Assembly: GCA_963724765.1 (NCBI GenBank)
Contig: CAVRVY010000003.1
Location: 448,001-512,000 of the forward strand
Direction of reading: 5' to 3'
DNA: 64,000 nt
Source of the DNA: an uncultured delta proteobacterium
GTDB lineage: Bacteria > Desulfobacterota > Binatia > Binatales > Binataceae
Positions 22,275 to 32,541 of the stretch are shown piece by piece. The translations under genes and the position numbers were made by a program. Positions within the stretch are counted from its first letter, which is position 1; every line of letters starts with the position of its first letter. Under the pieces are notes generated by a model, which did not search any database, was not told where the DNA came from, and worked only from the letters and a program-made list of their open reading frames with translations.

Positions 22275-23429
22275 CTAACCCCACAGCTCGCGGGTCGCGA
22301 GCCGCGCGCCGTCGGCCATCGCGCGGAACTTGGCCCACGCGATCGACGGCACCACCCGCGAGAATCCCGCAAAGGTCGCGAAGCCGCAGTCGGTGCCCGC
22401 GATCACGTTGTCGCGCCCGACCACGTTGGCCAGATTGCAGATGCGCATCGCGACCACCTCGGGATGCTCGATAAAGTTGCTGGTCGAATCGATCACGCCC
22501 GGGATCAGAATCTTGCCGGCGGGCAACTTTGCCTCGCGAAACACCTTGAACTCGTGCTCGTGGCGCGGATTGGACGCCTCGTACGAAATCGCCATCGGAC
22601 GCGCCTTGAGCACGATGTCGATGATGTCGCCGAGCGCGATGTCGTGATGGTGCGGCCCCTCGTAGTTGCCCCAGCATAGATGCAGGCGGATGCGCTCGGG
22701 CGCAACGTCACGCAGCGCGTGGTTGAGCGCCTCGACGTGCAACTCGGCGACCTTGCGAAACTCGGCCGTGCTGGAATGCGCGAACTGGATATGCCGGCTC
22801 ATCGCGAGATCGGGGCAATCGACCTGCAGCAGGAAGCCGGCGCGATGGATGGCGTCGTACTCGACCTTCATCGCGTCGGCGAGCGCGGCAATATAGGCCT
22901 CGTGCGTGGGATAGTACGTATTGCCGAGGAACTGCGCGATCACGCCCGGCGACGCGGCGCTTAAAAATCCCTCGGCCACGCTGGCGCCGGCGAGCGCGGC
23001 CTTGAAATTGTCGAGGTCGCGCTCGAGCTCGTCGCGGTTGCGGTAGGCGATCGGTGCATTGCACGATGGCCGTTTCATCGGCGGCGCCTTGCGCCCCAAA
23101 AACGCGCGCTGGGTGAATTCGGGAAAATCGGCCATGTCGGCGGCACTGAGCGAGGCGCGCTTGGTGGTCTCGTCGCCGAAGCCGCTCAGGCGGTCCTTGA
23201 CGTAGGTCGAGTAGCCGATTTTGCCCATCTCGCCGTCGTTGACGATATCGACCCCGACCTCGACCTGCTTGCGTACGATTTCGGCCACCGCCGAGCGCAC
23301 GCGCGCCTCCAAAGCGCCGCGGTCGGCGAGTTCGCCGGACTCCCTGGCGAAGAGCATCGCGGCGAGGTCGTCGGGCCGTGGCAGGCTGCCGGTATGGGTG
23401 GTCAGAATCCGTTCGGTGCTGCGCTTCAT
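22275..23429 (-). CDS. Cobalamin-independent methionine synthase II family protein
   Basis: TTHTGSLPRP, NDGE, HLCWGNYEGPH, HEHE, AGTDCGF Zn-ligand motifs. Confidence 0.9.
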   Translation of the reverse strand: MKRSTERILTTHTGSLPRPDDLAAMLFARESGELADRGALEARVRSAVAEIVRKQVEVGVDIVNDGEMGKIGYSTYVKDRLSGFGDETTKRASLSAADMADFPEFTQRAFLGRKAPPMKRPSCNAPIAYRNRDELERDLDNFKAALAGASVAEGFLSAASPGVIAQFLGNTYYPTHEAYIAALADAMKVEYDAIHRAGFLLQVDCPDLAMSRHIQFAHSSTAEFRKVAELHVEALNHALRDVAPERIRLHLCWGNYEGPHHHDIALGDIIDIVLKARPMAISYEASNPRHEHEFKVFREAKLPAGKILIPGVIDSTSNFIEHPEVVAMRICNLANVVGRDNVIAGTDCGFATFAGFSRVVPSIAWAKFRAMADGARLATRELWG

Positions 23430-23453
23430 CGTTCGCTATGCCCCAATCGTCTC

Positions 23454-23525
23454 TCTTTATGATCGCTATTCAGGAATTCTTTATGATCGCTATTCAGGAA
23501 TTCTTTGTGATCGCTATTCAGGAAT
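23454..23525. repeat. Tandem repeat, 24 bp x3
   Basis: TCTTT(A/G)TGATCGCTATTCAGGAAT x3, no spacers. Confidence 0.95.
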
Positions 23526-23690
23526 GGAGCACTAGCAAAGTCGCGCCCGGCGCAACAGGGAGACGCGGGCTCTCGCCCGGCCGTGCGACAACCCCTCCGG
23601 CGTTTCGTGGTTCGCTTTATTCTCCGGTGGCGCTGGGTTATGACTTGCATCTGGGGATCATCGAGAAAGACCCCCCCTCATGAGGACCTA

Positions 23691-24890
23691 ATGGATTTCA
23701 CGCTGTCGCCCAAGGTCGTGCAGTTGCAAAAGCGCGTCTCCGACTTCATGAACCAGCACGTCTATCCGATCGAGAAGCGCGTCGAGGACGAGATGAGCGT
23801 CCCCGGCAAGGAGCACACCGAACCCGAAATTCTCAAGGAGGTCCGCAACAAGGCCAAGGCCGAGGGACTGTGGAACCTCTTCATGCCCGACGAGCACTAC
23901 GGCAAAGGGCTGAAGGTGGCCGAGTACGCGCCGCTCAGCGAACTGATGGGCCGCAGCTTTATCGGCTCACGCGCGTTCAACTGCATGGCGCCCGACACCG
24001 GTAACATGGAAATCCTCGCCGACTTCGGCAACGCGGAGCAAAAGAAGCGCTGGCTCGAGCCCTGCCTGGAGGGCACGATGCGCACCTGCTACTCGATGAC
24101 CGAGCCGGAGACCGCGGGCTCCGACCCGACCCAGCTTGCGACGCGCGCGGTGCGCGACGGCGACTACTACGTCATCAACGGCCACAAGTGGTTCACCTCG
24201 GGCGCGGTCGGCGCGTCGTTCGCGATCGCGATGGTGGTGACCGACCCCAAGACCGAGCCGCATCGCCGCGCCAGCCAGATAATCGTCCCCACCGACACAC
24301 CGGGATTCCAACTGGTGCGAGCGGTGTCGGTGATGGGCCATGCGGGCGGCGGCGGCCATTGCGAGATCGTCTACAAGGATTGCCGCGTGCCGGTGACCAA
24401 CCTGCTCGGCGAGGAGGGCAGCGGCTTCGCGATCGCGCAGGCGCGCCTGGGTCCCGGCCGCATCCATCACTGCATGCGCATGGTCGGCGTGGCCGAGCGG
24501 GCGCTTGAGCTGATGTGCAAGCGGGCGGCGACGCGCTTTACCCACGGCAGCCTGCTCGGGGACAAGGCCAATATCCAGCAATGGATAGCGGATTCGCGGA
24601 TCGAGATCGACGCCACGCGCCTGATGGTGATGCATGCGGCGTGGAAGATCGACACCGCCGGCAAACGCGAGGCGCGCCAGGAGATCGCGGAAATCAAGGT
24701 GCAGGCCGCCAACATGGTGATGAATGTGCTTGACCGCGCGATCCAGCTTCACGGCGCACTGGGGATGACCGACGACACGCCAATCGCCCGATTCTGGCGT
24801 GAGCAGCGCGCGATGCGGATCGTCGATGGCCCCGACGAAGTCCATCGGATGCAAATTTCGCGGCGCGAAGTGCGCCGCTGGCAGCAATAA
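23691..24890 (+). CDS. Acyl-CoA dehydrogenase (ACAD10/11-like)
   Basis: FNCMAPDTGNME, SMTEP, INGHKWFTS, RLGPGRIHHCMR, IVDGPDEVH. Confidence 0.95.
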   Translation: MDFTLSPKVVQLQKRVSDFMNQHVYPIEKRVEDEMSVPGKEHTEPEILKEVRNKAKAEGLWNLFMPDEHYGKGLKVAEYAPLSELMGRSFIGSRAFNCMAPDTGNMEILADFGNAEQKKRWLEPCLEGTMRTCYSMTEPETAGSDPTQLATRAVRDGDYYVINGHKWFTSGAVGASFAIAMVVTDPKTEPHRRASQIIVPTDTPGFQLVRAVSVMGHAGGGGHCEIVYKDCRVPVTNLLGEEGSGFAIAQARLGPGRIHHCMRMVGVAERALELMCKRAATRFTHGSLLGDKANIQQWIADSRIEIDATRLMVMHAAWKIDTAGKREARQEIAEIKVQAANMVMNVLDRAIQLHGALGMTDDTPIARFWREQRAMRIVDGPDEVHRMQISRREVRRWQQ

Positions 24891-24932
24891 CTACGGCAGC
24901 GCAGACTGGCGCGAAGACGACCAGGAACGGAT

Positions 24933-26078
24933 ATGGCGGAGCAACAGGCGCAAACCTCGGCGCAAAACTCGGGACAGACCTCTGCAACGGACGACCTCGG
25001 CGCCGAGTATGGCGAGGTGCGCGAGGAGGAGCGGCTCGACTGGCCCAGGCTTCAGGCCTACCTGCGCGAGCACGAGGTGCCCGGCGCCGGCTCCGCGATG
25101 GAGGTCAAGCAGTTTCGCGGCGGCAGTTCCAATCTGACCTATCTGCTGCGCTTCGCCGACGGCCATCAGTGGGTCGTGCGGCGGCCGCCGTTCGGACCCC
25201 TGCCGCCGTCGGCCCATGACATGTCGCGCGAGTACCGGGTGCTGTCGCGGCTATGGCAGGGATTTTCCGCGGCGCCGCGCGCGATCGTGCTGTGCGAGGA
25301 TGTTTCGATCATCGGCGCAACGTTCTTCGTGATGGAGCGGCGGGAGGGCGCGGTGATCAAGAATCGCCATCCGTTGCCGCCCGAGATCGACGCCAAGCCC
25401 GAGACCTTCCGCCGTATCTCCGAGAGCCTGATCGATACGCTCGCCGACCTCCACGCGGCCGACTACGAAAAGATCGGCCTCGGCGGCCTTGGCCGCCCCG
25501 AGGGCTTTTTGCAGCGCCAGATCACCGGATGGATGGGTCGGTGGGAGAAGGCCAGGACGCGCGAAGTGCCGCTGATGGAAAAGCTCGGCACGTGGTTTTT
25601 GGAGCACATGCCGGCGGCGCAGAAGCCCACCCTGCTGCACAACGATTTTTACCTGCACAACGTGATGCTGGCGGCGGGCGACTCGGGCAAGGTGGTCGGC
25701 GTGTTCGACTGGGAGATGTCGACGCTCGGCGATCCAATGATCGATCTGGGGCTGACGACCGGCTACTGGCGCCAGCCCGATGACCCGCCCGAACTAATCG
25801 CGCTCTCGCAGGGCTATGCGCATACCACGGCGCCCGGCTTCCTCAGCCGCGACGAGTTGATCGAGCGTTACGCCAGGCGCAGCGGACGCGACGTGAGCAT
25901 GGTCGACTACTACCGGGCGTGGGCCAACTGGAAAACCGCCACGGTGGTCGAGCAGATTTACGTCCGTTATGTGCGCGGCCAGACCAATGACCCGCGCTTT
26001 GCCAACATGGGCGAGTGGGCGCCGGTGCTGGCGCGGCAGGCCGCGCGAGTCGTTGCCAAATTCGGCTTTAGGGAGTAA
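24933..26078 (+). CDS. Aminoglycoside-phosphotransferase-like kinase (ACAD10/11 N-terminal type)
   Basis: GGSSNLTY, RRPPFG..SAHDMSRE, LHNDFYLHN, FDWEMSTLGDP. Confidence 0.9.
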   Translation: MAEQQAQTSAQNSGQTSATDDLGAEYGEVREEERLDWPRLQAYLREHEVPGAGSAMEVKQFRGGSSNLTYLLRFADGHQWVVRRPPFGPLPPSAHDMSREYRVLSRLWQGFSAAPRAIVLCEDVSIIGATFFVMERREGAVIKNRHPLPPEIDAKPETFRRISESLIDTLADLHAADYEKIGLGGLGRPEGFLQRQITGWMGRWEKARTREVPLMEKLGTWFLEHMPAAQKPTLLHNDFYLHNVMLAAGDSGKVVGVFDWEMSTLGDPMIDLGLTTGYWRQPDDPPELIALSQGYAHTTAPGFLSRDELIERYARRSGRDVSMVDYYRAWANWKTATVVEQIYVRYVRGQTNDPRFANMGEWAPVLARQAARVVAKFGFRE

Positions 26079-26360
26079 ACCGCAATTGGCACGCGGCGAT
26101 CCGCGTGCGCAACCTTGGCAGGGGCTGCTAAAAGCTCTCGCAGAGCCAACGCTCTACATATGAAGACCGGCGGCGGCCGCGCGGGATGCCTGGTCTGCGT
26201 CGCGGGGGTGTTAATTTGGCCGGTCTTTGGATTAGACTATCTGGACTAAGCTGTCTGGGTTAAGTCACGAGAGTCTAAGTTACGGGCGGGAATTTGAGTT
26301 ACGGGTCAGATTACGAAGTCTAGTGGATGGGCGGGAGCCCCTCCGGGAGGATTTGCGGAC

Positions 26361-27230
26361 TTGCACGCGATCAACTACGAAGCTCCAAAAACATTGAAGG
26401 ACGCGGTCGCACTGCTCGCCCAACACGGCGAGAAAGGGCGCCCGCTGTGCGGCGGCACCGATCTCATCATCCAGTTGCGCGCCGGAGTGCGCCGCCCCGA
26501 CCATATCGTCGACATAAAAAAGATTCCCGAGCTGGGGCATCTCAGCTACAACGCCAAGCAGGGGTTGCGGCTGGGCGCGGCGGTGCCGGCGATCGAGGTC
26601 TGCGAAAACAAGGACCTCCAGCGGCACTATCCCGGCCTGGTCGAGGCCGCGCATCTCATCGGATCGAACCAGATCCAGACTCGCGCCTCGGTCGGCGGCA
26701 ACCTGTGCAACGGCTCGCCGGCGGCCGACACCACTCCGGCGCTGATTGCGCTGGGCGCGCGGGCGCGCGTGGTCGGGCCCAAGGGCGAACGCGAGATCAA
26801 GGTCGAGGAGTTCTGCACCGCGCCCGGACGTACCGTGCTCACGCCGGGGGAGCTGCTGGTCGAGATCCTGATCGACGCACCCAAGCCGCATAGCGCGGAC
26901 GCCTACCTGCGTTTCATCCCGCGCAACGAGATGGACATCGCGGTGGTCGGCGTGGGCTCCTGGCTGCATCTGGACGGCGACAAGGTGAGCGCGGCACGGA
27001 TAAGCCTCGGCGCGGTAGCGGCGACGCCGTTGTTCGCGGCCAAGGCGTCCGAGTCGCTGGTGGGCAAGAAGCTCGACGACGCGGCAATCGATCGCGCGGC
27101 CAAGCTCGCAATCGAGCTGAGCTCGCCGATCGACGACATGCGCGGCACGGCCGAGTTCCGCCGCCACCTGGTCGGCGTGCTGACCAGGCGCACGCTGCAC
27201 ATCGCGGCCGAGCGCGCTCGCAAGGCGTAA
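26361..27230 (+). CDS. Xanthine dehydrogenase/CODH family FAD-binding medium subunit (CoxM-like)
   Basis: GGTDL, IGSNQIQTRASVGGNLCNGSPAAD, PIDDMRGTAEFRR. Confidence 0.92.
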   Translation: MHAINYEAPKTLKDAVALLAQHGEKGRPLCGGTDLIIQLRAGVRRPDHIVDIKKIPELGHLSYNAKQGLRLGAAVPAIEVCENKDLQRHYPGLVEAAHLIGSNQIQTRASVGGNLCNGSPAADTTPALIALGARARVVGPKGEREIKVEEFCTAPGRTVLTPGELLVEILIDAPKPHSADAYLRFIPRNEMDIAVVGVGSWLHLDGDKVSAARISLGAVAATPLFAAKASESLVGKKLDDAAIDRAAKLAIELSSPIDDMRGTAEFRRHLVGVLTRRTLHIAAERARKA

Positions 27231-27320
27231 GGGCCCGCGCGGCGGGCAACGAATCATCGGCGGCGGCATCGAAGTAACCGATACTCAAACCTGAACGGAC
27301 AACCGGCAAAGATATAGACG

Positions 27321-27806
27321 ATGGATCATAAAACAGTAGTAGAAGCGACGATTAACGGTGAACAGATGGAATTCCTGTGTGAGCCGCGCCAGAGCCTGCT
27401 CGAGGTCCTGCGCGACGTGCTGGGGATGACCGGTAGCAAGGAAGGATGCCTGACCGGCGACTGCGGCGCTTGCAGCGTGATCATCGACGGCCGCGCCGTC
27501 TGCTCGTGCCTGATGCTGGGCGTCGAGGCCGAAGGCCACAAGATCGAGACCGTCGAAGGGCTCGCCAGCAGCTCCAAACTGCATCCGTTGCAGCAGAAGT
27601 TCCTCGAGAACGCGAGCCTCCAGTGCGGGATCTGCACGCCGGGCTTTCTGATGTCCGCCAAGGCGCTGCTCGATCACAACCCGCATCCGACCGAGGCCGA
27701 GATTCGCTACGCCTTAGCGGGCAATCTTTGCCGATGCACCGGCTACGACAAGATTGTCCACGCAGTGCTCGAAGCCTCCAAGGCGGGCGCTTCCAAGGCG
27801 GCCTGA
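27321..27806 (+). CDS. [2Fe-2S] small subunit (CoxS-like)
   Basis: GCLTGDCGAC..SC, QCGICTPG, GNLCRCTGY. Confidence 0.95.
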   Translation: MDHKTVVEATINGEQMEFLCEPRQSLLEVLRDVLGMTGSKEGCLTGDCGACSVIIDGRAVCSCLMLGVEAEGHKIETVEGLASSSKLHPLQQKFLENASLQCGICTPGFLMSAKALLDHNPHPTEAEIRYALAGNLCRCTGYDKIVHAVLEASKAGASKAA

Positions 27807-27877
27807 GGCTCGCGGCGGCACGATTGCAAACGGCGGCCGGCACAGAAACAGTTCTGGATAAAGGGAGATAGCTGAAC

Positions 27878-30172
27878 ATGGCAGCGACGACAGAAGGAAC
27901 CCATCAATTCCGGGTTATCGGAACGCGCCCGATCCGTCACGACGGCGTCGAGAAGGTGACTGGGGCGGCCAGGTACGGAGCCGACTATGCGTTTCCGGGG
28001 ATGCTTTTTGGCAGGGTGCTCCGCAGTCCGCACGCCCACGCGATTATCAAATCGATAAAGACCGACAAGGCGCTCAAGCTGCCCGGGGTAAAGGCGATTG
28101 TGACGGCGGCCGACCTCCCTGAGCTGCCCGACCGCATCGAGCAGGGCGGCGAGCTTCCGATTAACCTGCACCATCTGTCGTGCAACATCCTCGCGCGCGG
28201 CAAAGTGCTGTATGACGGCCATGCGATCGCCGCCGTCGCCGCGACCAGTCCACATATCGCCGAGGAAGCGTTGCGCCTCATCGAGGTCGACTACGAGGTG
28301 CTGCCCCCGGCGATGACGGTCGAGGACGCGATGGCGCCGGGCGCGCCGATCCTGCTGCCGGCGCTCCGCAACAAGGAAGACGGACCCGACAAGCAGACCA
28401 ACGTCGCGGCCCACGTGCAGTTCAAGCGCGGTGACGTCAAGGACGGCTTCAGCAAGGCCGACTTCGTGATCGAGCACAGCTTCAAGACCGCGATGGTGCA
28501 TCAGGGGTATATCGAACCGCACAACGCGGTCGGAATCTACAACTCCGACGGCCACGCCACCATCTACTGCTCGACCCAGGGCAGCTTCCTGGTGCGCTCG
28601 CTGAGCGCCGCGGTGCTCGGAATTCCCGAGGGCAAAATCCGCGTGGTGCCGGCCGAGATCGGCGGCGGCTTCGGCGGCAAAACCACGATTTACCTGGAGC
28701 CGCTCTCGGTGCTGCTCTCGCAGAAGACCGGCCATCCGGTGAAGCTGACGATGAACCGCGCCGAGGTCTTGCGCGCGAGCGGCCCGACCTCGGGCGGAAC
28801 GATCCGCTGCAAGATGGGCGCGACCAAAGACGGCAAGCTCGTGGCGGCCGAGATCTGGATGGCGTACGAGGCGGGCGGTTTCCCGGGCTCGCCGGTGCCG
28901 ATGGGCGCGATGTGTATCGTGGCGCCCTACGACATTCCCAACATCCTCATCGACGCCTACGACGTGGTCGTCAACCGGCCCAAGACCGCGGCCTACCGCG
29001 CTCCGGGCGCGACCAACGCCGCGTTTGCCTCCGAGACCATCATCGATGAGCTCGCCGAAAAGTGCGGCATCGACCAGTGCGACTTCCGTATCCTCAACGG
29101 CGCTCACGAAGGCACGCCGCAGACCGCCGGGCCTCCGTTCAAGCGCATCGGGATGATCGAGACGGTCGAGGCGATCAAGAACAGCCCGCACTACAAGTCC
29201 AAACTCGAGGGCAAGAACCGCGGCCGCGGCGTCGCCACCGGCTTCTGGTTCAACATCGGCTTCCAGTCCTCGGCGATGGTCAATATCCATAACGACGGCA
29301 CTGCCAGCGTGGTCACCGGCTCGGTCGATATCGGCGGATCGCGCGCCTCGATGGCGATAATCACAGCGGAGGTGCTCGGCCTGGATGTCAATGAGGTCCG
29401 CCCGCTGATCGCCGACACCGATTCGATCGGTTATACCGACGTGACCGGCGGCAGCCGCACCACCGTCGCCACCGGGCTTGCAGTCTACGAGGCGGCGCAA
29501 GACGCCGTGCGCCAGCTCAAAGAGCGCGCGGCTAAGCTTTGGGAAAAGAAGCCCGAGGAGGTCGAATTCAACAACGGCTTGCTGAGCGCAAAGGGCAACG
29601 GCATCAAGCCGATGTCAATCAAGGACATCGTTCCTCGGCTCGGCCGTACCGGCGGCCCGATCACCGGACGCGCCACGGTCAACGCACGCGCCGTCGGTCC
29701 GGCCTTCGCCACGACCTGCGTCGATGTCGAAGTCGACCCTGAAACCGGCAAGGTCACGATTCTGCGCGCCACTTGCGCTCAAGACGCCGGCAAGGCGGTC
29801 CATCCGAGCTACGTCGAGGGCCAGATGCAGGGCGGCACCGTGCAGGGCCTCGGCTGGGCGCTCAACGAGGAGTACTTCTACGACGCCAAGGGCCTGCTGC
29901 GTAACTCGGGATTGCTGGACTACCGGATGCCGACTTGCCTCGACCTGCCGATGATCGAAACCTGCATCGTCGAGGTTCCCGCACCCGGCCATCCGATCGG
30001 CTCGCGCGGCGTGGGCGAGGTCTCGATCGTGCCACCGCCGGCCGCGGTCGCCAACGCTATCGCGCACGCCGTGGGCGTACGAATGACCGAGCTGCCGATG
30101 TCGCCGGGACGCGTGCTCAAGGCGATCCTGCACAAAGAAGGCGCAGCGGTGGCGTCAGCCGCGGCCGACTGA
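27878..30172 (+). CDS. Molybdopterin-binding large subunit 1 (XDH family, AYRAPG motif)
   Basis: KVTG, RSPHAHA, GGGFGGK, AYRAPG, VEGQMQGG, RGVGE. Confidence 0.93.
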   Translation: MAATTEGTHQFRVIGTRPIRHDGVEKVTGAARYGADYAFPGMLFGRVLRSPHAHAIIKSIKTDKALKLPGVKAIVTAADLPELPDRIEQGGELPINLHHLSCNILARGKVLYDGHAIAAVAATSPHIAEEALRLIEVDYEVLPPAMTVEDAMAPGAPILLPALRNKEDGPDKQTNVAAHVQFKRGDVKDGFSKADFVIEHSFKTAMVHQGYIEPHNAVGIYNSDGHATIYCSTQGSFLVRSLSAAVLGIPEGKIRVVPAEIGGGFGGKTTIYLEPLSVLLSQKTGHPVKLTMNRAEVLRASGPTSGGTIRCKMGATKDGKLVAAEIWMAYEAGGFPGSPVPMGAMCIVAPYDIPNILIDAYDVVVNRPKTAAYRAPGATNAAFASETIIDELAEKCGIDQCDFRILNGAHEGTPQTAGPPFKRIGMIETVEAIKNSPHYKSKLEGKNRGRGVATGFWFNIGFQSSAMVNIHNDGTASVVTGSVDIGGSRASMAIITAEVLGLDVNEVRPLIADTDSIGYTDVTGGSRTTVATGLAVYEAAQDAVRQLKERAAKLWEKKPEEVEFNNGLLSAKGNGIKPMSIKDIVPRLGRTGGPITGRATVNARAVGPAFATTCVDVEVDPETGKVTILRATCAQDAGKAVHPSYVEGQMQGGTVQGLGWALNEEYFYDAKGLLRNSGLLDYRMPTCLDLPMIETCIVEVPAPGHPIGSRGVGEVSIVPPPAAVANAIAHAVGVRMTELPMSPGRVLKAILHKEGAAVASAAAD

Positions 30173-30184
30173 GTATTCGTCAGA

Positions 30185-30218
30185 AAAGGGCCGGGCCCGT
30201 CCTGGGGCCCGGCCCTTT
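30185..30218. terminator. Intrinsic (possibly bidirectional) terminator
   Basis: AAAGGGCCGGGCCC-GTCCTG-GGGCCCGGCCCTTT. Confidence 0.7.
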
Positions 30219-30272
30219 CAATTTGTGCCTGCCGCGATTTCATGCCTACCGTGATGTAATGACTGTGAACTT

Positions 30273-30542
30273 ATGCCGACCGTCATAGTCCCCGCGCTGT
30301 TGCGCCCGCTGACCAACGGACAGGAACGCGTCGCCGTACGTGGCGCCACCGTACGCCAGGTCGTCGAAGATCTCGCGCGCCAGTTCCCCGGCATCGAGAA
30401 GCATCTCATCGAGGACGGCGATCTGAAATCGGGCATCGCCGTTTCGGTCGACGGCGAGATGGGGGTCGGAGGCCTGCTCGACCCGGTTAAAGAAACCAGC
30501 GAAGTCTACTTTCTGCCTGCGATCGGCGGCGGCCTCCAATAG
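30273..30542 (+). CDS. MoaD/ThiS family ubiquitin-like protein
   Basis: VPALLRPLT..GATVRQV..L...FPG..VYFLPAIGGG; 2-aa extension after GG. Confidence 0.85.
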   Translation: MPTVIVPALLRPLTNGQERVAVRGATVRQVVEDLARQFPGIEKHLIEDGDLKSGIAVSVDGEMGVGGLLDPVKETSEVYFLPAIGGGLQ

Positions 30543-30559
30543 CCGCGGTCCGCTCGAGC

Positions 30560-31873
30560 ATGGCCGAAACTCCTGCCTCTCGCGCTACGCCGGCCGACGC
30601 TGAACGATCGTATCCCGCAATCCCGACCAGCGCCGTAGTCGCAACGGTGCTGGGGAACGCGCTCGAGTTTTACGACTTCACCACCTACGCCTTCTTCGCG
30701 GTGATGATCGGGCGCGCGTTCTTTCCGTCGCACGATCCATTCATCAGCCTGCTGCTTTCGGTTGCCGCGTTCGGGGTCGGCTTTGTCACCCGTCCGCTGG
30801 GAGGCGTCCTGATCGGCGCATACGCCGACCGCGCCGGGCGCAAGCCGGCGATGATGCTGAGTATCGGATTGATGGCGGTGGGGATGGTGCTGCTGGCGGC
30901 GACGCCGCCCTACGCGACGATCGGGCTCGCGGCGCCTTTTCTGGTGGTCTTCGCGCGCCTGATCCAGGGCTTCGCGCTCGGCGGCGAAGTCGGACCTTCC
31001 ACCTCGTATCTGCTGGAAGCCGCGCCGGCGGGAAAGCGCGGGCAGTACGGGGCCTGGCAGATTGCGGGCCAGGGAGCGGCCTCTGCCCTCGCGGGATCGC
31101 TTGGAGTGACACTGTCCCTTCTGCTCGACGCCGACGCCATGCAGTCCTGGGGCTGGCGCATCCCGTTCATCGTCGGCGTCGCCATCGTGCCCGTGGGAAT
31201 CATCATGCGCGGCCAATTGCAGGAGACCGTGGACCTCGGAGCGCGGACCACCCATCCGAGCGCGGGCCACGTGCTCTCCGCCCTGCTCAAGCGTCACACG
31301 CGTCCGCTGATGCTGGCCCTGATGCTGATAACGAGCGGCACGATCGCGACCTATATCGGCGTCTACATGACGACTTACGCGCTCAGCACGCTTCACATGG
31401 CGACCGGCGCGTCGATGAGTGCCACGGTGGTGGTGGGTTTGTGCCTGCTGGTATTCGGGCTGGCTGGCGGATGGATCTCTGACCGGATCGGACGCAAACC
31501 GGTCTATCTAGCCTCCAAGCTGGCGCTGACCGCGGTGGCCTATCCAGCCTTCGCGGTAATTAACCGTCATCACACCCTCGCCGCGCTCCTCCTGATGGCC
31601 GGGCTGATGTCCGCACTGAACGCGCTTGGCGGCGTCGTGCTGGTGGTGATTCCGGAGTGCTTCCCGAAATCCGTGCGCAGCGCGGGCCTGTCGATTGTCT
31701 ATGCGGTCGCGGTCACCGTCTTCGGCGGCACCACGCAAGTCGTCGTGACCTGGCTGATTCATGCCACGGGCAATCCGCTCTCGCCCGCCTGGTATCTGAT
31801 AGCAAGCAGCACGATCGGCGTCGTGGCAATCCTGATGATCGCGGAAACCAGGGACGTCGCGCTGGCGGACTGA
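30560..31873 (+). CDS. MFS transporter, metabolite:H+ symporter family
   Basis: GNALEFYDF, RPLGG..ADRAGRK, RLIQGFALGGE, WGWRIPF. Confidence 0.92.
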   Translation: MAETPASRATPADAERSYPAIPTSAVVATVLGNALEFYDFTTYAFFAVMIGRAFFPSHDPFISLLLSVAAFGVGFVTRPLGGVLIGAYADRAGRKPAMMLSIGLMAVGMVLLAATPPYATIGLAAPFLVVFARLIQGFALGGEVGPSTSYLLEAAPAGKRGQYGAWQIAGQGAASALAGSLGVTLSLLLDADAMQSWGWRIPFIVGVAIVPVGIIMRGQLQETVDLGARTTHPSAGHVLSALLKRHTRPLMLALMLITSGTIATYIGVYMTTYALSTLHMATGASMSATVVVGLCLLVFGLAGGWISDRIGRKPVYLASKLALTAVAYPAFAVINRHHTLAALLLMAGLMSALNALGGVVLVVIPECFPKSVRSAGLSIVYAVAVTVFGGTTQVVVTWLIHATGNPLSPAWYLIASSTIGVVAILMIAETRDVALAD

Positions 31874-31960
31874 TCGTTCGTCACTTGGCTCATTGGCCGA
31901 TGCGCGGGGGCTCTGATACGCTCCGCCAGACATCTTTTGCGTCAAGGAGGGCCGGAATTC

Positions 31961-32398
31961 ATGCCGCGGATGATGAACGACGCCGCCTTCAGGGCCTACG
32001 CGATCGCCTGCTCAATCCTGGTCTTCAATATGTTCGCGGCCGCGATCCTCACCGCGGCCGCGCGTACCCGGGTCAAGCAATTTCTCAATCCGGAAGATGC
32101 CCGAGTGTTGGGCGGCGCCGGCGTCAAGGAGGAGCATCCCGGCGTGCAACGGATGCTCCGGCTGCACCGCAACAACCTCGAGAACATCCTGCCCTTCTTC
32201 ACTGTGGCGCTGATCTTCGTCCTGATGGGAGCCTCGGCTTTCGGGGCGCAGATGTATTTCTACACTTTCACCGGCGCGCGGATCGTCTACACGATCACTT
32301 ACGCCGCGAAACTGCAGCCGTGGAGGACTGCGGCCTTCGCGCTCGGAGCACTCTGCATGGTCGGGATGCTGGTGCAGATTCTGATCGCCGCGCTCTGA
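31961..32398 (+). CDS. MAPEG family membrane protein (MGST1/PGES-like)
   Basis: FLNPEDA, RLHRNNLENILPF, ARIVYTITY. Confidence 0.85.
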   Translation: MPRMMNDAAFRAYAIACSILVFNMFAAAILTAAARTRVKQFLNPEDARVLGGAGVKEEHPGVQRMLRLHRNNLENILPFFTVALIFVLMGASAFGAQMYFYTFTGARIVYTITYAAKLQPWRTAAFALGALCMVGMLVQILIAAL

Positions 32399-32541
32399 CG
32401 CGTTGATACGGCGGGCGCCAGGAGGGCGGTTCACGCCTCCCCCAAAACAATTGGTGGAGGGAATTGGAGATCGAGGCCGGCGCGGCCGCTCGTGACGGGG
32501 CGCGGCCGGTCGTGATAACCTTGCCCTACACGAGGTTGATC

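Noticed and set aside
23454-23525. Possible CRISPR array (24-bp repeats)
   Set aside because: Units are contiguous with no spacers, and no cas genes are present; same for 20671-20726
26160-26360. Moco or cobalamin riboswitch ahead of the molybdoenzyme cluster (and nrdJ/MetE-like genes)
   Set aside because: No recognisable consensus elements; only a weak TTAGACT/AGTCTAA inverted repeat
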